Part shown: piece by piece, positions 54,267 through 64,000 of the stretch
How positions within the stretch are numbered: position 1 is the stretch's first letter
How the letters are laid out: the number at the start of each line of letters is the position of its first letter
Assembly (NCBI GenBank): GCA_904063045.1
Contig: CAJFCJ010000012.1
Coordinates: forward strand, 2,221,709 to 2,285,708
Direction of reading: 5' to 3'
DNA from: Dimorphilus gyrociliatus
Lineage: Eukaryota > Animalia > Annelida
Length of the DNA stretch: 64,000 nucleotides
Made by a program: the position numbers and the translations under genes
Notes under the pieces: model-generated
What the model was told of the DNA's origin: nothing
Seen by the model: only the letters and a program-made list of their open reading frames with translations
The model's database searches: none

Positions 54267-56967
54267 TTATAAATTTGTCGTTGCAATATGTTTCCTTTTA
54301 ACACCATCCCTTAATAGACTTGTTTCGAATGTTGATTGTTCTTTCGTTACTTTTATCTTTAATATATGACATCTAAATAAAAATATTAAAATTCTACGAA
54401 ATTGACCGTTTAACGCCAAATAAACGCAAAAGTTTACTGCAAAATTACAAACTTGTAGGGTATTAGCCATCGATCTCATAGTTAGATACATGTTTCTATG
54501 TTGTAGATTAGATGGTAATATTTCAAGAATTATATCTATCCATTCGCTCGGCGACATCAGAAATATGTAGAGTATTATTATGCAAATTAGGGTTGGCGTA
54601 ATCTTTTTTGTGGCATTTGATCGATTTGATACAGCTTCTTGAAGTTGTTGAGATTTCTTCAGAGCTCTGATTAAGTGAAAGTTAAAGAAAGATAACAACA
54701 CTAATGGTAGTAAATAGCGAAAGATGAATGATATCCAATTATATGCCTGTCTTGTTTCAGCACTAGCATCTAATGGGCCCATATCCAGGAAAACATATGA
54801 TGTATTTTCTAATTTTATAGCTGATTGTTTCCAAAATCCTTCAATCAAGGTAAATTATTGAATAGATCCTTTTAGTATTTGCCTAAACAGTAACTAAGCG
54901 ATTTTATATTTTGTAGTTCTATTTCTCACTTAGAGGCATATCTTATAAAAATTAAACTCTTTCAAATGACATTCTACAACTTAAATTTAGATTTAGTGAG
55001 TTGGATATAGTAGAAAACCTATAGGTTAAACGTTATTCCAAAGTGATCTTCATAAGCTTCTTTTTTGTCTCTTTATCGTGCTTATAATCTTTAGATATAA
55101 TACACTATTTAACTATACAGCACATATGTGCTATATATTTATGATTGTATATTTGTATCTAATACTCTTTAGACTCTTCTCCCTCTTTTCATCTGAATGT
55201 ATCATGATTATTAATAAAGGATTATACCTTTGAAAACAAAGTACTAGTGAATTGGCTACCTAAACAGATTAGAAAATTTTTAGAGGTGAAGCATACTAAG
55301 CAGGTTGGAAAGTGAAAGACCTTTATATTCATTCACAAAAACGAAGAAAGCTCTGTACAAAGTAGGAGAAATAGAAAAAGAGGAAATGTAAATAAATTAA
55401 AAGATTTTAAACAAATTCTCTACAGACTCTAGTACAGACCAGGAAATACTACTTAGAGTTCCTGTCATAGTCAATTTTTTCCCTAACAAATATATTTTCA
55501 GATACTCTTTCTATATTTTTTTTTATCAGTGTCATATTCATCTCCTTTTTTATAAGTAAGCTAACAGTCTAACTCCGTAAGGATAAGATATCTAAAATAT
55601 TCATTAACCTTGCAATCTTGTTAAACTTGATATTTAAAATAATAGATCATTCTACTACATTTAGTAGTAAAAATAATAATAAGAGAAAAGATACCTTAAA
55701 TTTGAACTAATTATCAAAATGGAATACTTTTCAAATCAACTGGATTAATAAGCAACAAAAGATTTAACATCTACCAGTCAATACGCTCACGAAAATATCG
55801 ACTTTCTCAATAACGAGATGCATATGTATCTTTATTTCTATGGTCAAAAAAAAAGCTTCTGGATAAAATACTGATTGAATCAAGTGATAACAATTTCCCT
55901 CAGAGATATAATGTCTTCTACAAATAAAGTCTTCAAGGGTAAAATATTAGTGAATACACTTCAAGTCTCTATGATCTAATAATATTATCTTATAGATATT
56001 TAATCATTTTTTCCCCTGTTCCTTCAGATCCTCATCAAAATTTATAACATTTAAATATCTTTATAGATTAATAGTAAAAATCTATACTTTAATGGATTAA
56101 AATAGAGAAAAAAGCAATATCAATTAATCGCTGGCTTCTACATTATATTATCTTACAACTTCCTCAGTTAAGAGAGAGAGAGCAAGAGAGCGAGAGAGAG
56201 AGCAAGAGAGCGAGAGAGAGAGAGAGGGGGGAGAGAGAGAGAGCCTAATACAAGCATATATACAGCAAAAAGAACATAGAAGTAAAGTAATGAATATCCG
56301 AAAATAGAGTATTGTAAAATTCTGTGAATAAGGAGTTTAAAATAATCGTTATTATGTTGTTGTCACATTATAATCTAAAACAATGAAGGTTCAACAGAGC
56401 TAGATTATCGTCACTTCTGCTATTGCTTTAAAATAGACTAATACTTAAATTAAAATTCATTTGAGGTTTTACAAGACCAATTCAATAACTACCTGGAAGT
56501 CCTACAGCAATCGAGAAGAAAACAGCTGTTGCATTACAAGCATGTAGTCTATTCGATGTAACCATTTCTTTTGCTTTGAAAGGGAAGCATACGATAACAA
56601 ACCTCACCGCGGCCATAACGACTGTAATCCATGTTGAGCACATTATAAATATATTTCCAAAGGCAGAACCGTAAAGTTGATAAAATTCAGTAAAAGAACC
56701 ACTTAGGAAGTACAAATCATGCTCACTAATATAGCTTCTTGGTAGAGTTGATATACATACTAGTAAATCCGAAAAAGCTAATAAGACAAATCCCCAGTAT
56801 GCTGTCATTTCTCTTTTCCTTAAACCAGAGTACAAACAACCTATGGCCATTATCAAAATGGTCGAAAAATTACCAATTATACCAAATATAGATATGATTG
56901 GGTTTACTCTCGAATTTAAAATTTCACTCAAAACAATACCAATCGTCGGTTTTGTAGAATTATTCAT
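54267..56967 (-). CDS. Class A peptide GPCR, FMRFamide / sex-peptide receptor-like, about 348 aa, 2 exons (56967-56493, 54838-54267)
   Basis: Seven hydrophobic segments; GIIGN (TM1), LAFSDLL (TM2), VRFVIVCFP (TM3), AVNFCVYLALNGQFR (TM7). Phase-1 intron of about 1.65 kb. Confidence 0.85.
56171..56243. repeat. Compound GA-rich repeat with a 20-bp unit (GAGAGAGAGAGCAAGAGAGC) x2 in the GPCR intron
   Basis: Read directly. Confidence 0.85.
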
Positions 56968-57050
56968 TTTTCTGAGTTTTAACCAAATCTATCCTTATGC
57001 ATTGATTCAACGATATTGCTGAAAGAATATACAACTCTAAGCTACGACTA

Positions 57051-57064
57051 CCACCCGAGGGCGC
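57051..57064 (+). promoter_or_regulatory. CTCF-like motif CCACCCGAGGGCGC upstream of the GPCR start
   Basis: Match to the CTCF core, about 85 bp from the ATG at 56967. Confidence 0.45.
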
Positions 57065-57487
57065 CTCACTGAAAGCGTTTAAAAAGTCATCTATTCCATT
57101 AGATAAAGGTACACAATATGACCTTCTCTTTCACTTTTTTCATTTATTATTAAGAAGAAATATATTTATTGTTGTAATTTTTGCCGTTTCGATTGCAAGT
57201 TATTATTAGAAGGAACAGTGATATATATGTAAAGTTTATTTTTATACTTTTATTTCCAATTAAAGCAGAGAGTGAGGAGAGGGAGAGAGAGAGAAGCAGA
57301 CAGAGTACTAGATTGAGAGAGATGGAGTATAAAGATTATCCATACAAATTTCACCTTTCTATCTTACTCTTTTATCGTCATACAACTATAATATACATAT
57401 ATTTTCCTCTAGAGTATTCTTTTCATAATACTATTTAATACTCATTTAATAAATTGTATATAATATATATAATATAAATGCTTTACA

Positions 57488-58215
57488 TTTATAACGAAGA
57501 GAAAAGGATATACATTTTATTTACAAAAAATATACATTTCGAAAAATTCTCTACTGTTACATGCGTTTCTTTTATAACGTTCCCATTCATCCATACATCA
57601 CATAGGTTTTCTAAAAATTTCTTTTATGTATAGGTATATCAAGCAAGATACTTATGAATTTAACAGGATATATATATATATATTCACTATATATGGTTAA
57701 ATGAAGCATTCTTTATCTGATTGTCACCTATTTTAATACGCTAATAGGGTAATTTTAACTCCTTTATTGTCCAAACTACATAAAATATCATGTAGAATTA
57801 ATAATTAGATTAATTTGAACTGAACATGCTAAAATTATGAATATTTACTTCTTAGAAAGAAGCTAGATAAGCATATTATTTTTAGTCTTTTACATTTCAT
57901 TAATTAATTCAAAAATAATGCCTTTTTTTTAATTCCAACATATCACTGTTGGCTTGTTCTTTTTAAGTTTAACTCTATTCTTTTAGTCATCTCTTCCTCT
58001 TCCCTTCCCCTTTTATCCATTATATTAAATAAATATAAAAGGTATTTTCGTATGACAACTTTTACCATTTACATTTTTCTCCTGTCTCTAGGTAAACTTA
58101 ATAAATAGATGATATAGAGGAAAATTAGAAAGCATAACAATTACGATAGGATGATTTGCTCTGTATCTCATTTGGACAAATTTCGAAATGTATATCCTTT
58201 TCTCTTCGTTATAAA
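57488..58215. repeat. Perfect 30-bp inverted repeat pair (57488-57517 and 58186-58215) enclosing about 670 bp
   Basis: TTTATAACGAAGAGAAAAGGATATACATTT at 57488; its exact reverse complement at 58186. Confidence 0.9.
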
Positions 58216-59541
58216 AATTCTCCATTTCAATAAAAGAAAAAGCAATGAAAGCTTCAGACTTAGAATCCTCAACTGGATGTGATAAAAAAAAGAAAAAAGC
58301 GACTGAAACAATGAGAACATTTGTTAAAATGCTTTCACCCATTTTGATAAAAAAGAACTCACTTTTATATTTACTTGTCTTATTGAAAGAAGAATCTTTT
58401 AAACTCTAACAGTTTTTTCTTTATATACCAGTTTATATTTATATATGTACAATATATATATTGTGTATAAATTTAAAAAAATGTATATGTAAATTTTATT
58501 GCTTTCCGAAATGAAAAGCACTTAAAGTTATTTTATCTATAGTGTAGGAAGAGAAGAGGTCAGAAATTAGAAAAGACTGTTTAATTAAGACAAACTATTT
58601 CTTCAGGAAAATATTAGATAAATGCTATAAAAACTAACGCGGAATAGCCTGACAAGACTATTATGGCTATTATTATACACAGTATTCTGGACATATATTC
58701 TCTTAGTGCAATGCATTATCTATTTTTAGAATTATATGTTGATACAATTATTTTTATATTGCAGTTTATAGAAAAAGAAACATAAAATAGACAATAGAGG
58801 CTGATGAAATTATAAGTTGAGAGAGAGAGAGAGAGAGAGCAACAGAGTAGGAATCATGCTATACATCTATGCTGTAGATTTACAAACACATAGATGCCAA
58901 GAGAAAATAAAGATGAAAGATATATAAAGATTACACGAAATTTTTAATTCTGAGTATCCAATTTTTTCTAAAGCAATTTCCTCATATACGACGAAACATC
59001 TACATACACCAAGTATATTACGAATGATGAAGACGTCCTCGTGGGTATACGAAAATTTATGAAGATTAATAAAAACTACTTTAAAATTTATATCATCTAT
59101 ATTCATTACTGTCATTGTAAATTATTGATTAATATTTAATTTGTCAATCTTTCATTTCATCACTTCTGATTTTTTGTTATTCATATGTCCTTGACTTAAA
59201 CACTCTGCATTAATCCTTTTTTAATTATTTTCATTGTAGGTTAATGAATAGGTTTAGTTAGCTGTAAATATGAAGAGAAGGTATACAGTCAATAGAAAAC
59301 CAAAGTTATACTTGTATAAATATTATGACATTTACAATAAATATAGATGACGATTGTAAAAAAATAATAATAAGACAAGAATAAGAAAAAACAGACGGAT
59401 TAAGTTTAATCTTAAATCATAATGTGTTTTCTAGGCTTATTTGTCTGTTTAAATAGGTTGATCAAGCTACCCAACAAATCTGCAGTTTTAAAAGTCTGTT
59501 TAATACGGTAAAAAAGACAAATAACACGCAGCAAAAATCTT

Positions 59542-61114
<1,573 letters not shown>

Positions 61115-61266
61115 CTACAATTTTTTCTCAATGATAGAAATAATTAAATAACTTTCAAAAGTTAAAACGTAATTTTTAATATTTTCACTCTGCAGTAAAT
61201 CAAATTTCGATTCGAATACTAATAACTGAAAGTTCTGCGTATTGCTTTGTAATAGTTTACTGTCAC

Positions 61267-61280
61267 GTTGCTATGGGAAA
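61267..61280. promoter_or_regulatory. RFX X-box-like GTTGCTATGGGAAA upstream of CDKL
   Basis: One mismatch to the X-box consensus; 225 bp from the ATG. CDKL kinases are established regulators of cilia. Confidence 0.5.
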
Positions 61281-61363
61281 AGGTAAACTGGTCTTATAGA
61301 ACTTTAACATATGGTGTTTCAATCAATAAAGTATAAAAAAGAAAATGATAGTTTCTACTATAG

Positions 61364-61378
61364 GCACTAGATGGCGCT
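61364..61378 (+). promoter_or_regulatory. CTCF-like motif GCACTAGATGGCGCT upstream of CDKL
   Basis: Near-exact match to the CTCF core consensus, in AT-rich DNA about 320 bp from the CDKL ATG. Confidence 0.6.
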
Positions 61379-61826
61379 AAGCGCGATATGTTGTAAATTT
61401 TTTGTTTTGCTAGTTTAATGAAATTAGCTAATTATAGGGCATCTATTCATGTAAATACGTAAGGAGCCTGTAAAAAGGCTTAACGAATAAAAAGTTGTAT
61501 TTGTTAACATTCTTAACATTGTTTTCTACATTGTAAACAAAAATAAATTTTTCCTTGTCCTTTTGTTTATACTGGTATGTTTGTTCAAAGCAGGCTAGTT
61601 GTAGACGTTGTATACGTAAGATGAGAGATTTGTTCAAGTCGAAGCTATGAAGATGAGGGAAAGAACTGAGAGAAAGAAAGAAGTAGGCATAAAATATGAT
61701 AATCCTTCCAAAGAATGTCAACGATGAAGGGATGAATGATGAAAAAGTTCAAAAAAAGATACATGTTCAAAAGAAATGTAAACAAGAGAAGGGAGAGGAG
61801 GAAGAAGAAGAATAAGTTTTTGAATA

Positions 61827-63260
61827 TCAACTGCAGGTGTTGTTGTTTTGAGGTGGTTCACGTAGAAACGGTGGAAGGGAGTTGGGTATTTTGCGTTGAA
61901 GTTGCTCGAGGAATTTTTGAGCGTCAACCTGCCCATCTTGGGTCGTAAAGCTACCTGTAATAAAAATAAAAAATGCTCTTAATTGTACGCATATTTCGCT
62001 ATGTTATTTATTTCTTTGAGGCATAAACTCTTTAGATGTGATTTTAACAATAGGGAAAAAATGGCGTCAACATTTTCCTTGTGTAAATGGCACCTGCTCC
62101 GTCAAGCCATATAGGCCGATTAAGGAATGATCGGAATTTGTAGGCCCAAGAAGCCACTCGAGAAATCCGATTGGCGTAGCAGCAGGTGCGCAAAAGTGAT
62201 TTTTATTGCTATGCATATAGTTTTAACAAAAAGTAATTTGCATATGAGTTAAAGTTACGTGTCTTTTCTTTTTCCCGTGGGAAGGAGGAGGGATGATAAA
62301 TAGTTAAAAGAGTTATCGTACGCTATTTGCTAGGCGGGGACACTTGAACCGATAAAATATTTAAATGATATGATAATAGCAAAATGTGGGAAAACGCTCA
62401 TCTCAGCGGGTGACGGATGCAATCAATCAAGGTCTAGGGCTGTTATCTGCTGGACACCTGGTTCAACTATTATTTTTTATTATATACATTTCAGCTACTT
62501 CCGACGTCTGAAGACCACCTTCATTAGATTTCTATCTTGGCAGCTAACAACACTCTTAACACATCAATTAAAAACGGTCAATAACTGTTGGTTACGTAAT
62601 TCTTTTTCCCGCTTAATTACATACTTGCATAACCCTCGCGAGGGTTACTTTTCTTTTACTACAAACCAAATAGGTCACCGTATACTTTTTGATGCTATCG
62701 GCCGTTTCCGGTCGAATTAGCAAAGCTCACTATGCTGTCATTGACAAAATATTTTCACGGATCAAGAAATTCCTCAACCTTTTTAACTTTACGGGAAAGT
62801 TACAGGTAAATAAAGTACGAGTGCAAAAGTAAACAAAGTCTTTTAACACACTTACCAACTGGTAATCCTAGACGCCCGGCTAGTTTAAAATGAAGTTCAT
62901 CTATGTACTTAACAGCTTCTTCTATTAGTTCTATCTGTAAGACGGATGTTCGTATAATAGGACTAGAAACCTTTTCGATGTGTTATTACATATATACAGT
63001 ATATTTAATAATCTAGATGATAAAAGATAATAATAGCAATAAAATGATATGTACCTTGTCAACTTTTCGTTCATGTTTAACTGATGGAACTATAGATTTT
63101 AATCTTTTATATTCCCTATTTGATTTGATTTTATACATGTATTTTCTTTTAATCTTCTTACATATTTTTTCGGTGTACATCTGCAAAAAGTTCATTAATA
63201 AAAAAATCTCATTTCTATTAAACACAGGCAATATACCTTTACTGAACGGGCTGCAGTCAT
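61827..63260 (-). CDS. Atypical helix-loop-helix protein (Id/Emc-like HLH), about 118 aa, 4 exons (63260-63237, 63180-63055, 62934-62856, 61954-61827)
   Basis: Spliced product contains SNREYKRLKSIVPSVKHERKVDK|IELIEEAVKYIDELHFKL, a clear HLH. Donors GTATAT, GTACAT, GTAAGT; acceptors all pyrimidine-rich cAG; phases 0, 0, 1. The last exon is the least certain part. Confidence 0.8.
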
Positions 63261-63837
63261 TTTTCCTTTATTTTTTTCCTTTCCTGGTTAATATTTCCAA
63301 AGAAAAAAGGAGTACGAATAATATCGGCGAAATATAGACTTTCTTCACTTTTGAACTTTCTGTAATGATCCCTCTTCGGATAAAATTTCGCGAATGACCA
63401 AAAGAATTTGAACTCTACTTTCAAATGTGTAAAAAAAATCGTATTAAAGAACTAAGGAATTCCTCAACGTTCATTGGTTAAATTCTACCCTCATCGTATA
63501 ATCAAGCTGTGAGAAAATAACGCCACCTGTTGTCCACATTCTTCCACTCTAATATTTTTATACGCTTCGTTTAACACTAGTAGCTCCGTTGAAAAAATTA
63601 GATAATTCTTAAAGAAACCGCACATTATAGAATGTACGTAACATGATTACCAAACTAACGCCCTCTGCATGACTTCATGTAACTATATCAACAATGAGTC
63701 AACATTTGATATTCATAAATATTACACCAACAAAAGAAATATATACATTTCGGGAAAGTTTAGACATATACGGTATATTTGGTGTATATAAAGGGACTAG
63801 TAAATGATTACAACATCAGTCGTTATTTGCTCTAAAC

Positions 63838-64000
63838 ATGGCAGAACCTTCTAATACTTCTCATCTATCCGAAAGGTTAGATATAATTATATGTTGTCAA
63901 ACAATTCAAACAATTGTAGAATCTCTTTGAAAATTTGTAGGATTGAAAAAGCTAAACAGGAACTTGAGGAATTTGGTGTAACTGTGATTCCAAATGTTCT
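63838..64000 (+). CDS. 5' end of a probable phytanoyl-CoA dioxygenase-like (2OG-Fe(II) oxygenase) gene, truncated by the window end (exons 63838-63875, 63941->)
   Basis: MAEPSNTSHLSER|IEKAKQELEEFGVTVIPNVL; 65-nt phase-2 GT-AG intron. L-x-x-x-G-x-x-V-I-P-x-V-L is the usual first strand of PhyH-like proteins. Only 33 codons are visible. Confidence 0.55.

Noticed and set aside
62040-62220. Alternative exon ending in a second GA donor (CAAG|GAAAAT) joined to the 61954 exon
   Set aside because: A fully canonical model links the 61954 exon to the HLH exon ending at 62856; the alternative peptide resembles nothing.
62370-62720. 116-aa plus-strand ORF
   Set aside because: Antisense within the HLH intron, with no recognisable motifs.

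Overview
AT-rich, gene-dense animal genomic DNA with mostly 50-120 nt GT-AG introns. It is not prokaryotic: I see no CRISPR array, rRNA or tRNA. The style fits a compacted invertebrate genome, possibly a lophotrochozoan such as the miniature annelid Dimorphilus (inference only). Splicing the ORF fragments by hand gives 13 complete gene models and one partial. In order: a hidden 75-aa secreted six-cysteine peptide (+); a CRAL-TRIO lipid-transfer protein (-); MINPP1-like phosphatase A (+); a secreted or surface LRR protein whose first intron lacks a GT donor (-); a three-exon single-HKD PLD-superfamily nuclease-like protein with an unrecognised N-terminal domain (+); MINPP1-like phosphatase B (-); full-length dynein-2 heavy chain DYNC2H1 with about 23 exons (-); an E74/ELF ETS factor (-); a ZNF541/TRERF1-like ELM2-SANT zinc-finger protein (+); an EFCAB6-like EF-hand protein (-); an FMRFamide-receptor-like GPCR (-); a CDKL kinase (-); a hidden four-exon atypical Id/Emc-like HLH protein (-); and the 5' end of a probable PhyH-like dioxygenase (+). 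Non-coding features include CTCF-like motifs near many gene starts, RFX X-boxes upstream of two ciliary genes, a perfect 30-bp inverted repeat pair, many TACAGTA/TACTGTA heptamers in TA tracts (the Tc1/mariner excision-footprint sequence) and long microsatellites. The best leads are the PLD-like nuclease, the six-Cys peptide, the atypical HLH gene, the two GPI-tailed MINPP1 paralogues that both lack the HAE proton donor, and the candidate GA-AG intron. All gene models and motif counts were made by eye and are untested against databases or RNA-seq.
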